A stretch of DNA of 64,000 nt from Euprymna scolopes (lineage: Eukaryota): the NCBI GenBank assembly GCA_053919585.1, contig CM132790.1. One strand, given 5' to 3'. Shown here one piece after another: positions 10,990-23,300 of the stretch. A program made the position numbers and the translations under genes. The stretch's first letter is position 1; every line of letters starts with the position of its first letter. Under the pieces are notes generated by a model. The model did no database searches and was not told the DNA's origin. It was given only the letters and a program-made list of their open reading frames with translations.

Positions 10990-13900
10990 TAGTGGTGGGA
11001 CGATTAATCGGAATCGGAATCGTTAATCGTAAGAATCGTGTATTTTGGGAGGCATCGGAATCGCATCGTTAAAAAATACCTTAATTTTCCGATTCCTTCA
11101 TTACGATTCTTTTAGTATGATGTTGAAAAAAAGAAAAAAAATTCCTGATATTTCTAACTGCAAGAGAGAAATGTAGCATGTTATAAAAAGAAACCAAAGA
11201 AATTCATTATTAACAGGGCAATGCTTAGTGCCCCTCCCTTACAAGGTTCATTCATTCAGATCTATTGTGAGCAAAACTATAAAAGAGTTAACTTGAAAAG
11301 AAGTATGCAGGGCTCTACATTGCGAGTAAAAATTTAAAAAAAAACGCTTCTTTTTGGCGACTGTTTTTTTTTACTGACAAATCTTCTAATAGTGAATGAA
11401 AATGCTTTTTCAACTTATATTTTCTTAAAACGAGCAAAGTCAAATTATTTAAACAGTAAAAGGTTTAATAGAACAATATACTTTTTTCTTTTTTTAAAAG
11501 AAGGCTTTTGAAAGAAATATCTCTAAAATGAAATTGATCACGTTGTATTATTTCGCAAAATTTGGACAGTAGTCCGCTTCTTTTGAAGTTTCAAAAAAAC
11601 CGACCCCATACCTATCTCTTCCAAACCTAAAGTTATTAAATAACCCCTTCGTTAATTTAAGGGTAATTAATTCAATTCAGTCAAGTTGGGTTTTTTTAAA
11701 TTTCATTGAAATAAAATCCATTTTTAAAATTTTTTTCTCCAGAAAGATAAAACCCTGAATTTGATTATATTAAAAGCAGAATAATATAATCTTTTTTCTA
11801 GAATTTTAAATTGAAAATTAAAAAAAAAGTGTTTGACGCAGTTTTTTGCCGAACGAAAAAGAAATTAATATATATTTTTTAAAAGGTGTTGTAATCAATT
11901 AATTTTTATATCTAAATAATATTTACGATTAATTAAATAATTTCATTTTAAAAAGTATTTATAAATAGAATTTTACTTAAGACTTATAGTTTAGCAATAT
12001 TGAACCGCATCAACCATGTGTGAATTGAACACAGTCAACCAAAAAAAAAAATTCAAAAGAAATGCATATTTGCATTTCATTATGTAAACTTTTATACATT
12101 GGTTTCAAAAATTAAATTCTATAAGTTTTGTTTTTCTTGTTGTTAACTACTGGTTGGTACAATTTACCGCTCCATCCCTTTATATTTTTTTCTTTTTGTC
12201 TTTTTTAGCGGATTATTTTCAATTAATTATCCAAATAAGTGACTAGCTTTAAAACAAAATTTAATAGTAATTTATTTGTTTACAGATAAACTGAATTTTC
12301 TAATATGGCCTCAAAGTCCAAAAAAAAGTCTTGCATGGAAACTTTTTGAAGTTTTGCAAAGTCTGTCAAATTAAAATATCGCGAGGAACAAAACCATCTA
12401 ACATGACCACAACAAACATGTTAAAACATTTAACTATGAAGCATCCAAATGAATTGGAGAAGCAAAATAAAAAAGAAAAGGAACAAAAAAATTACCAACT
12501 AGTCACTCAGAGCAGTTTTATTAGTTAGGGTCGAAATCGCAGTGTCTTTTTTTTTTTTGCCTAAGTCACCAATTTTTTTAACCTTCCTTAACTTCAAAGA
12601 GTAAATACAATATATACAACTAAAAAAATAATTTTTAAAATGCTGATTCTATTCATGAAAAATTCTTTTAACTAGAAATTAAAACTTAGGTAAAGATAGC
12701 TGACTGACAGCAACAGGAGCACTGGTTAACTACTGAACCACATGGAAAGGTGTGGGGGAGGAAAAAAGGAAATTAAAGGATGATAATAAATTATGATAAC
12801 CGTCTTTGAAAGGCACTAAACTCCTAAAATTTACTTCTTTAAAATTTTAGGCGGCATTCCCCGGCGATTTTAAAGCACTCTCTCTCCAAAAAAAAAAAAA
12901 AAAAAGATTTAATTTTTAAGTTTGGGAAAGATATATTTATTATAACCGAATTCCTGTATGAAGACTGGATCTACTTTATTGGACGTTAATTTGTGAGATA
13001 AGTAATTTTTCAATGTTTAATGTTTTTAAAGTTTCAATTATCAATTAAATTTTTTTAATTGCGTTTTTTTTTTTCAATTTATTTATAAAAAAAAAAAAAA
13101 ACAGGGTTTAAAATGTATTTTTCAAGGTAACAAGCTTCGAAATAAGTCTAATTAAAAAAAAATCACTTAATTTTTAATTTCGACAACCCTGAGAATTTAA
13201 TTATTAAAAAAATATTGAAATGTGACATTTTTTTTATTTAACATTTCTATTAGTTCAATTAATTTTCTTTCAATAATTCATTTCACTCAACAAACTTCAC
13301 CATTTTTTGTTTTGTTTTATCTTTTTCTGTAATTTTGGTAACTATTTTTGCTCAATTTTATCTAGTATTTTATTTGTTTTTATAGTGGTATCATTTTTAT
13401 ATGTGTTCCTTTGATATACCCTATTTCAAAATTAGTTTGGCTAAACTTATTCTTCACGTTAGAAACAACGTGTAAAAGTAATGAAAAAGTAAGAAAAAAC
13501 AATAGGTGTTAACTACTCTTTGTGAATTATGGAGGTCTGAAGAACTGCCGTCACAAATACAACTATCAATAGCCAAACAAAAAATCGTTTTTGAAATTCC
13601 TTTACTTGTAACTTTTCGCTATACCTACCTTTTGGTATAAAACACAAAAACTTTCGATTAATGGTATTTCTCAAATATGGTCATTAACTTTGGAAGGGTT
13701 ATTTTGTATCTACAGCGCCATGTCACATGGTATATTGTTTTTTTCATTACGCACGTTCATTTATAAATTATTAAATTAAATATTTATCTTTTTTCATATT
13801 TAATTAGTATATATTTTCTTTCTCTTCCGCTATATTTGTTTTATTTAATTCATTAAATCTGTAAATTATGAGGACCAAAATAATGAATCGTGTTAATTTA

Positions 13901-14276
13901 TTCTCTAATTTTCTTGTTTTTGTTGTTATATAAATTCTATTTTATTTGTTTTTGCTCTGAAGGATAAATTCTATTTTCTTTGTTTTTTTTCTGTATTCCA
14001 ATTAAGTAAAATAAATTTTCTCTAAAATAAATTTTGCTAATTTTTCCGTTTAGTTTACTATATAATAATTTTATTTAAACCAAAACACGACGGTGTAGAC
14101 ATAAAATATCTCTTCCGAAGTTAGGGAACATATTTGGGAACTACCGACCATAAGTATAAAACTACCTGGTATTTCAAAACAATAATTCCCTAGGAATTGT
14201 ACTTGGTATCGGAATCGTTAATCAATATTTTCCTGGAATCGGAATCGTATAAAAATTAGGAATCGTCCTAACACTA
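10990..14276 (+). mobile_element. hAT DNA transposon copy 2, both ends intact, internally deleted (3287 bp)
   Basis: TIRs TAGTGGTGGGACGATT / AATCGTCCTAACACTA. Perfect 8-bp TSD GTAATTAC at 10982-10989 and 14277-14284. GGAATC subterminal repeats at both ends. Confidence 0.95.
12305..12528 (+). pseudogene. BED zinc-finger remnant of the hAT transposase N-terminus
   Basis: ATG at 12305 after a TTTGTTTACAG acceptor-like site. Frameshifted SLAWKLF then CKVC...TTTNMLKHLTMKH match the BED finger pattern; the catalytic domain is absent. Confidence 0.75.
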
Positions 14277-14284
14277 GTAATTAC

Positions 14285-14601
14285 TACCTTTCATAGTTGT
14301 CGTCTCACCACATTTTGGCCAACAAATCTTCTGGCCGGCTTTGGGTAGGATTGAAACCGTTATCTTCAGACAATGCTCACCTGGAACCATAGAGATTCAA
14401 CGTTTTTATCCACTGCACCACGGGCGCCTACGATTGGATTTTTTGGTCTTATAAATCCAAGTTTTTTGTTATCTGACTTTCCATCGTCGGATCCGTACCT
14501 CATGGTATATTATTTAATTATTGGAATTCTTTGAGATGAGTAATTTGTATATTTATTTATTTGCGGACTGTTATCCTCATCTCATCAGATGAGGATAACA
14601 G
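14285..14601 (-). mobile_element. tRNA-headed Penelope-tailed SINE subfamily (copy E) split by hAT copy 2; other part at ~10870-10981
   Basis: Minus strand from 14428 reads GGCGCCCGTGGTGCAGTGGATAA (A box) ... GGTTTCAATCC (B box). CTGTTATCCTCATCT occurs on both sides of the hAT. Perfect 15-bp hairpin at 14568-14601. Confidence 0.6.
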
Positions 14602-14929
14602 GAAATTAAATCAACTAGAATGTATTTTGATTTCTTTCACAAGTTAATCATTTTAATCTGTTAATAGTTGGGGGGGGGTATTACTTTATAACTTTTTTAA
14701 ATTTGAAAAAAATGTAGAATACTTTAAAGTGTTGAGTAGAAAATTTGATTTCTTACTTTTTTAATAAATATTTATGCATTAAAAGATTGGAAGTTTTGAA
14801 GGCATCCAATCTCTATGTCTATAAAGTTGATTTCCAAATTAATTAAAGATCATTATGAATTTTGGAACACAGTTTCTAGGTATATGAAATCTAAATGTGG
14901 ATTCTATTAAGTGTAATTTAGTTATATGT

Positions 14930-15251
14930 AAATAGGATATGGAAGCCCTGCATTAAAATTCAGATTCTCAAATCAAATTATAAAGTTTGATCCATGTCCA
15001 AAGAACCTATATCTAAAATTTCAAGTGTTTAGCCCCAAAATTGGTGGAGGAGCTTGATTGACTTTTCAAAGTTGAAACAGTTGGACTTTGACCCCTTAAC
15101 AGCCAAATTTCTGACCGAAAACCGATCAAAAAAAGTTTCCCAAATCTCAATACCCCCTTATGTCAAACCTTGAGTTTGTAGACTGAAAATTGATAGAGTT
15201 ATTGTGTAGGGAAATGTACACACACAGACATTTTTACTTTTATATATAGAT
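14930..15251 (-). mobile_element. Helitron-like 5' fragment
   Basis: Minus strand starts A|TCTATATATAAAAGTAAAAATGTCTGTGTGTG. Shares the AAGTTTG/TGTAGACT.AAAAT module with the other Helitron copies. Confidence 0.45.
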
Positions 15252-15254
15252 TTA

Positions 15255-15500
15255 TACTAAATTTCATTCAGTTATTAGATACTAATTGAATCAAAATTGT
15301 TAGAATTTCAATTTCATCAGATTCCTTAAACTTAAGTTTGAAATTGTAGACATTTTCTAGAATCAAAACTATGTAATAGATTTTAATCAAAATTTGAATA
15401 AGGTTTAATATCAAATCATGCATTGATTTTAATCTTCATAAGGAGACATAAAAGTGGTGCAAAAACCATTCTGTTCAGGAAATTAATTTTCCTCTCCTGC
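15255..15500 (+). repeat. Interspersed repeat with further copies at ~39040-39375 and ~50560-50900
   Basis: Shared ATTTTCTAGAATCAAA..ATGTAAT.AATT.T.AT.AAAATT..AATAA motif in three places. Confidence 0.6.
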
Positions 15501-15719
15501 AACTTATATTCTAATAAGTTTATAAATAGAAGATTAAAAGATTACCTTAACAAAATTAGTTTTATTTTTATAACAACTTGATTCTTTAATTTTTTGACCA
15601 AACAATTATGTAAATTATTAAATTCAACTTTTAAAATCATATTTTAAAACTTTTTTGTTTAGGTTAGAGTTATATATTGAGGATTCTTTTGTTCGTCAAA
15701 AGCGTGTTGGACAAACATA

Positions 15720-15996
15720 TGTAAAGCCATGTGAAATTGGTCACGTTTGAAAAACACTTCTGACGTCACAGCCAAAGGACATTTCTCCATATTATGGGTT
15801 TGGATTTTAGCCAGTCAGTCAGAGAGAGTTGATCAGCCAAAAGTTGACGGTCAGCGGAGAGTCCTCTTAGAGGCGAAGGGTAGAAGATTAACCATGTAGA
15901 TACAAGTGAATTCCTCACATCAATCGACCGGTCGATCAGACGAATAAAGGAGTCATCATTGTGTTTTGTAACTGTTGTTTTGTGTCATCCTTCACA
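15720..15996 (+). mobile_element. Possible solo LTR
   Basis: CpG-containing block with TGACGTCA, AATAAA at 15943 and end ...CATCCTTCACA. No convincing TSD; the start is uncertain. Confidence 0.35.
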
Positions 15997-16283
15997 AACA
16001 AAAAAGGTAATTGTGTTTATCATCTTATAATCAACATTGTAAACCCTTCCAAGTTATGTGTCCTATCTCCTCCATCACAAGAAATGTCTCCCCTACTCCA
16101 AGATGTGTTATAAGAACTGATATAGAAATGTCTTCTCTCCCTCATCATCACTATCGTTATGTCTGCATTACATGAGTCCCGTTATATATGTCCCAATATG
16201 AACTCCTTGCCATCTTTAAATATGAAACCCCTGCTACACAACACAATGTGTTTATGAAATAATAGTCATTTACAAGCTGTTTA

Positions 16284-16864
16284 TCTATATATATAAAATG
16301 TTACTTGAACATTGACAAAAATCATTTTATTGTATTTGATGGAGATTAGCTCTAGATATTAGAAAAGTGACCTTTTCTGTATGTGCAGAATGGTCTCCAC
16401 CAAACGACTGTCAATTTTGGTCTACAGACTTGAAACTTGATATATGAGGTATTTAGACGTGAAACAAAATTGATTTGGTTTTTAGGCAGAAAAGAAGAGC
16501 CACTAAAGGGTCAACACTGACAAACTGGACTTGGCAGACATAGTTTTATGTAATGTGTATGTTTTACGCATGCACAAATACAGATTTATAAGTTAAACTG
16601 TGTTAATTTGTCATTTTGATATGTATGTGCCATTAGCTCAGATGGTAGTGAACAGTGCTAGAAAGCTAAATGCTTTGGTTTGGATTCTAGTTGATGGCAC
16701 CCAAGTGATAACTTTTTAAAACTTTTGAATCACTACTATATATTGGGTACAATATAATAATGAACAGAGAATCTACTCTATAATAATAAATACGAAATCT
16801 GCACAAATTAAAATATCATATTTGATCATATTTCATGACCAGGTCATGCTAGGCGGCCTGCTAA
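16284..16864 (+). mobile_element. Non-autonomous Helitron carrying a tRNA-like segment
   Basis: A|TCTATATATATAAAA 5' end; 3' GC-rich remnant hairpin followed by CTAA|T; internal GCCATTAGCTCAGATGGTAG...GATTCTAGTTGATGGCACC. Confidence 0.65.
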
Positions 16865-16970
16865 TAGTTTTATAGATGAGAGAGTGGAAGAGGGCAAAAT
16901 AATTGTAGAATTAAATTAAAAAAAAAAAAATGCATTTCTGAAAAAAGGAAATCAAAATTGTATCTCTGCA

Positions 16971-17360
16971 TTATTTGAACTACTGTTCTTATGTGGGACA
17001 TTATTCTCACAACGTTTCAGCCGATGTAACCTCCGATTTTCTTCAAATGTAGCTTGTCGAATTCAGGAATCTTTTTGTCAAACTTGCAGATCCATAATGA
17101 GGCAGCTTGCTCTCATTTCATCAGCCATGAGCGGGTAGAAATGTTAAGTAACTCATAATTGTATTCTTAATACTGACTATGCAGAGAACTGAACCTTCGA
17201 CCTCCAGAAGAAGGTCACTTAGAACTGATTATTACTTTAACACTTTGTTATACAATGAGTACTTGTGAATACTTAAAGGAAGTAGGAGATTAGAGCAGCC
17301 CAAATGCTGCAAGAATAACATCCAAGGTAAGAACAGTAGTTCAAACCATCCAAAATTATT
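16971..17360 (-). mobile_element. tRNA-headed Penelope-tailed SINE (copy B) with inverted terminal copy
   Basis: Minus strand TTGAAGAAAATCGGAGGTTACATCGGCTGAAACGTTGTG. Perfect 18-bp inverted repeat at 16974-16991 and 17328-17345. Confidence 0.7.
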
Positions 17361-18360
17361 AATCTACATCTAAAAAAAAAAAAAGTTACTTTACCAAAAT
17401 TTTAGAATTGCGTCAATTCCATTTCATTGAAATAGTTTAAGTGTAAAAGTTTGACTGTCTCAAAACCATATCTCCATTTCTTATCTAATGTTCATTAAAA
17501 TGTTTACACAGAATGGGAACATATATGTTAGAATGCATGAAGATAAAACTTCAAAGAAACGTACAACAGAATCATACAGTTTATCAAAAGATATCATCTA
17601 CATCTCCATGAAATTTAGCACATGGGTCAAAATGTCATTTATAGTCTGGATAGATGTCTGCTATGCCCAGGTTGCATGCAATATATAGTAATGATTTAAA
17701 AAGTTTAAAAAAAAAAAAATTTTTTAAATGACTCGTGCACCAAGAATTTAAAACCAAAATGTTTAGCTTACGATTTACTTTTTCCTTTGACATTAAGTTA
17801 TGAAGACATGCTTGCTGCAAAGCTAAAAATTAAAGCATAAATCAACAGCTATTAAGTTACGCATGCATATTCGTAATGCTGTCGCTCGACTTTCACCTGG
17901 AAAATTCCCTTTTTAAAATTTTCCCTTTGGCACCAATTTTACTCGGCTAAAATCCAAATTCACATTGGTTTGAATACCCTATATATAAAGTTTCATCTGT
18001 AAACTAAAAACTGACAGACGAGTTTGCTAGGCAAAATTTTTTAAACAAATATACATAAATATATATAGAAAGACTTTTGTTTTTACTATAATCTTTTTAT
18101 GCAAATATAAATCATGTAAAATATCTGCATGAATATAATTACAAATAATTGTTCACTAAAGATGATCATCGCATAAGAAAACTGAACTAATAGGGAATTA
18201 ATTAAAACGAATGTTTAAAAGAATATGTAAATGAGCTAGATCTTTTGCAGACGAATGCAATTCCACAACCCATATATAACAAAGTTGCATTTCCTTAAAT
18301 AAATAGAAAAAAAGGGTTTTAATATGAATATCAATAAACAAACAAAAAAAAAATGTAGGA

Positions 18361-18405
<45 letters not shown>

Positions 18406-18411
<6 letters not shown>

Positions 18412-18773
18412 CACAGCAAGTCAATTTCACAGCTCACAAGAGCCATGACAGCCAACAAACTGGAAGTCATCGGTTTGGGTTATAGCTTGTTGCGATGACC
18501 ACATCGCCTGTTCAGTACGATGTAGGTTCTATCCGCCGTCGGATTTTGCTGCAGTTTGAGCTGTGTCAGTTAAAAGTTTTTTTGTGTGTGTGTGGCGTGT
18601 TTACACAGTTGGTAGAGTGCTCGCCTCACTTGCAAGAGGCTTGGGTTTCAAATCCCAAGTTCGAATGTGTCTAACTAATGAGCCCAAAATGAGAGCGAAA
18701 CTCGAGTCTTGGACTTCCGGTTTGTTGGCTGTCATGGCTCTTATAGCTGCAACGTTGTCTGGCAGTGGAAATA
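18406..18773. mobile_element. MITE with ~63-bp TIRs in a (TA)n tract, carrying tRNA-like sequence
   Basis: AAGAGCCATGACAGCCAACAAACTGGAAGT (from 18438) is the reverse complement of ACTTCCGGTTTGTTGGCTGTCATGGCTCTT (1 mismatch); the TIR extends imperfectly to TA at both ends. Confidence 0.8.
18594..18665 (+). pseudogene. tRNA-Val(CAC)-like derived sequence inside the MITE
   Basis: D-loop CAGTTGGTAGAG; anticodon arm CTCGC-CTCACTT-GCAAG; T-loop GGGTTTCAAATCCC. The acceptor stem is not paired. Confidence 0.5.
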
Positions 18774-19267
18774 ATTATATCTCTCATATTCTGAATATAG
18801 TTATTAATATAATATATATATATATATATATATTATTTCAGTGACTTGTTCAGTGTTTTCAGTTTGTTGTGCAAGTTTAATGTAAAATACCATGCACCCA
18901 ATGTTGAAAACCACCCTCCTCCTTCTGGGTACTCTAAAATGTTGAAAATTTGGTGTGTAATCAAAATATTTTTTTCAAAAAAATTAAATGACAAACGTTT
19001 TAAAAAGACGGAGAAGGAGGGAGTTACAGATCATATATCTGCCTACATTACAATTTACATTAAAAACATATCACTATAACTGAATTTACACTTTTATATT
19101 CATTTTAAAATCTATTACTTTTCTATTATGATGATGCATTTCTTAGAAAAAAAAAATGTCCCTTACAAAGGATAATATACTGATTTTCACAAATAGAGAT
19201 TTCTGCTTTTTTTTATTATCATTATTATTCAGCAATGGATGTTTTACACTGTTAAGATATCATGAAA

Positions 19268-19495
19268 TGGTATAAACAGATTATCTATATCAAGCAATGG
19301 TATAAACATATAGATTATCTATATCATGCAATGATATAAACATATAGATTATCTATATCATGCAATGGTATAAACATATAGATTATCTATATCAAGCAAT
19401 GGTATAAACATATAGATTATCTATATCATGCAATGGTATAAACATATAGATTATCTATATCAAGCAATGGTATAAACATAGATTATCTATATCAA
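19268..19495. repeat. 34-bp minisatellite (~7 copies) with internal palindrome
   Basis: Unit TGGTATAAACATATAGATTATCTATATCA(A/T)GCAA. Confidence 0.95.
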
Positions 19496-20339
19496 CATAA
19501 TCCTTTCTGACGTTAAATAGTAGAGAGATTAACATTGAAGGAAACATCTGTGATTGTGAATGAGAATTAGGAGATAGAATCTCTAAAAAAATCTTAACTC
19601 CCTCTTATAGCACCTCCTTAGGGGCGAGGGGTGCCGCGATATAAAAGATGTCAAAGAGAGCATGCCTCAGCAATCGTGTTCATCGTGTTAAGTTGTCTTT
19701 ATTCCATTCTGATGAAAAATCAGAGCAATGGTGACGGTGTAACCACATGTGTCCCGGTGAGTGATTAGGGTTAAGAACACAACATTAAAATACAACTCAA
19801 ACACGAGACAACTTACATTTTGTTATTTATATGTTTTCACTTTGCAAAGTTTAGCCGTGACTGCCTCATAAGTTGAAATCCAAATATGTGTCAGACACAA
19901 ACTGGCATTAATGAAGCATTTTTATTTGCATTCGTTTACAGCATGGCAGACATACTTTGTGTGCAAGCTATGTTGTAACAGGACAAGTAATAAAAATATT
20001 CGCATTTAGATTTGGAAAAAAAAAATCATATTTTATGTAAGCACTTAATATAAATTAGATATGCTTCTCATCCACAATTTAATGTTTGTTTAATTCCTAG
20101 GCCACAGTCATAGCAAACAAAAACTAAAGGGATAAAAATAACGCATCGCCATGTAAATAAATAGCTTTATTCTTTGAGACTTAAACAAGTTGACACTCAG
20201 CATCATATATTGCTGCCACAGAAAATAAAAATAGAACGGAGAAAGAAGGGGAAAATGCCAATGTAGAGACATACAAAGGGAAAGAGAGTGGGTGGTGAAA
20301 TAGTAAAACAGAGACAAGGAGAGATAGTAAGAAACAGAG

Positions 20340-23300
20340 TAAGAGAATAATAACAGGAGACAGAGAGAGAGAAAAAAGGGGAAGAGAGGGAGGAAAAAGC
20401 AGAGAAAGGGGGAGAGGGAGAAAAACAGAAAGGGGGAGAGGGAGAAAAACAGAAAGGGGGAGAGGGAGAAAAAACAGAAAGAGGGAGAAGGAAGAAAACA
20501 CAGGGAGAGGGAGAAAAAACAGAAAGAGGAAGAGGGAGAAAAAACAGGGAGAGGGAGAGAGAGAAAAACAGAAAGAGGGAGAGGAAGAGAGAAAAACAGA
20601 AAGAGGGAGACGAAGAGAGAAAAACAGAAAGAGGGAGAGGAAGAGAGAAAAACAGAAAGAGGGAGAGGAAGAGAGAAAAACAGAAAGAGGGAGAGGAAGA
20701 GAGAAAAACAGAAAGAGGGAGAGGAAGAGAGAAAAACAGAAAGAGGGAGAAGAAGAGAGAAAAACAGAAAGAGGAAGAGGAAGAGAGAAAAACAGAAAGA
20801 GGGAGAGGAAGAGAGAAAAACAGAAAGAGGGAGAGGAAGAGAGAAAAACAGAAAGAGGGAGAGGAAGAGAGAAAAACAGAAAGAGGGAGAGGAAGAGAGA
20901 AAAACAGAAAGAGGGAGAGGAAGAGAGAAAAACAGAAAGAGGGAGAGGAAGAGAGAAAAACAGAAAGAGGGAGAGGAAGGGAGAAAAAACAGAAAGAGGG
21001 AGAGGAAGGGAAAAAAACAGAAAGAGGGAGAGGAAGGGAGAAAAACAGAAAGAGGGAGAGGAAGGGAGAAAAAACAGAAAGAGGGAGAGGAAGGGAGAAA
21101 AAACAAAGAGGGAGAGGAAGGGAGAAAAAACAAAGAGGGAGAGGAAGGGAGAAAAAACAGAAAGAGGGAGAGGAAGGGAGAAAAAACAGAAAGAGGGAGA
21201 GGAAGGGAGAAAAAACAGAAAGAGGGAGAGGAAGGGAGAAAAAACAGAAAGAGGGAGAGGAAGGGAGAAAAAACAGAAAGAGGGAGAGGAAGGGAGAAAA
21301 AACAGAAAGAGGGAGAGGAAGGGAGAAAAAACAGAAAGAGGGAGAGGAAGGGAGAAAAAACAGAAAGAGGGAGAGGAAGGGAGAAAAAACAGAAAGAGGG
21401 AGAGGAAGGGAGAAAAAACAGAAAGAGGGAGAGGAAGGGAGAAAAAACAGAAAGAGGGAGAGGAAGGGAGAAAAAACAGAAAGAGGGAGAGGAAGGGAGA
21501 AAAAACAGAAAGAGGGAGAGGAAGGGAGAAAAAACAGAAAGAGGGAGAGGAAGAGAGAAAAAACAGAAAGAGGGAGAGGAAGAGAGAAAAAACAGAAAGA
21601 GGGAGAGGAAGGGAGAAAAAACAGAAAGAGGGAGAGGAAGAGAGAAAAACAGAAAGAGGGAGAGGAAGGGAGAAAAAACAGAAAGAGGGAGAGGAAGGGA
21701 GAAAAAACAGAAAGAGGGAGAGGAAGGGAGAAAAAACAGAAAGAGGGAGAGGAAGGGAGAAAAAACAGAAAGAGGGAGAGGAAGAGAGAAAAACAGAAAG
21801 AGGGAGAGGAAGGGAGAAAAAACAGAAAGAGGGAGAGGAAGGGAGAAAAAACAGAAAGAGGGAGAGGAAGGGAGAAAAAACAGAAAGAGGGAGAGGAAGG
21901 GAGAAAAAACAGAAAGAGGGAGAGGAAGGGAGAAAAAACAGAAAGAGGGAGAGGAAGGGAGAAAAAACAGAAAGAGGGAGAGGAAGGGAGAAAAAACAGA
22001 AAGAGGGAGAGGAAGGGAGAAAAAACAGAAAGAGGGAGAGGAAGGGAGAAAAAACAGAAAGAGGGAGAGGAAGGGAGAAAAAACAGAAAGAGGGAGAGGA
22101 AGGGAGAAAAAACGGAAAGAGGGAGAGGAAGAAAAAAAAACAGAAAGAGGGAGAGGAAGGGAGAAAAAACAGAAAGAGGGAGAGGAAGGGAGAAAAAACA
22201 GAAAGAGGGAGAGGAAGGGAGAAAAAACAGAAAGAGGGAGAGGAAGGGAGAAAAAACAGAAAGAGGGAGAGGAAGGGAGAAAAAAAAGAGGGAGAGGAAG
22301 GGAGAAAAAAAAAGAGGGAGAGGAAGGGAGAAAAAACAAAGAGGGAGAGGAAGGGAGAAAAACAGAAAGAGGGAGAGGAAGAGAGAAAAACAGAAAGAGG
22401 GAGAGGAAGAGAGAAAAACAGAAAGAGGGAGAGGAAGAGAGAAAAACAGAAAGAGGGAGAGGAAGAGAGAAAAACAGAAAGAGGGAGAGGAAGAGAGAAA
22501 AACAGAAAGAGGGAGAGGAAGAGAGAAAAACAGAAAGAGGGAGAGGAAGAGAGAAAAACAGAAAGAGGGAGAGGAAGAGAGAAAAACAGAAAGAGGGAGA
22601 GGAAGAGAGAAAAACAGAAAGAGGGAGAGGAAGAGAGAAAAACAGAAAGAGGGAGAGGAAGAGAGAAAAACAGAAAGAGGGAGAGGAAGAGAGAAAAACA
22701 GAAAGAGGGAGAGGAAGAGAGAAAAACAGAAAGAGGGAGAGGAAGAGAGAAAAACAGAACGAGGGAGAGGAAGAGAGAAAAACAGAAAGAGGGAGACGAA
22801 GAGAGAAAAACAGAAAGAGGGAGACGAAGAGAGAAAAACAGAAAGAGGGAGACGAAGAGAGAAAAACAGAAAGAGGGAGACGAAGAGAGAAAAACAGAAA
22901 GAGGGAGAGGAAGAGAGAAAAACAGAAAGAGTGAGAGGAAGAGAGAAAAACAGAAAGAGGGAGAGGAAGAGAGAAAAACAGAAAGAGGGAGAGGAAGAGA
23001 GAAAAACAGAAAGAGGGAGAGGAAGAGAGAAAAACAGAAAGAGGGAGAGGAAGAGAGAAAAACAGAAAGAGGGAGAGGAAGGGAGAAAAAACAAAGAGGG
23101 AGAGGAAGGGAGAAAAAACAAAGAAGGAAGAGGAAGGGAGAAAAAACAGAAAGAGGGAGAGGAAGGGAGAAAAAACAGAAAGAGGGAGAGGAAGGGAGAA
23201 AAAACAGAAAGAGGGAGAGGAAGGGAGAAAAAACAAAGAGGGAGAGGAAGGGAGAAAAACAGAAAGAGGGAGAGGAAGGGAGAAAAAACAGAAAGAGGGA

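Noticed and set aside
18594-18665. Functional tRNA gene
   Set aside because: The acceptor stem is unpaired, the anticodon stem is mismatched, and it lies within a MITE.
19268-19495. CRISPR-like palindromic 34-bp repeats
   Set aside because: Units are contiguous with no unique spacers, there are no cas genes, and the context is eukaryotic.
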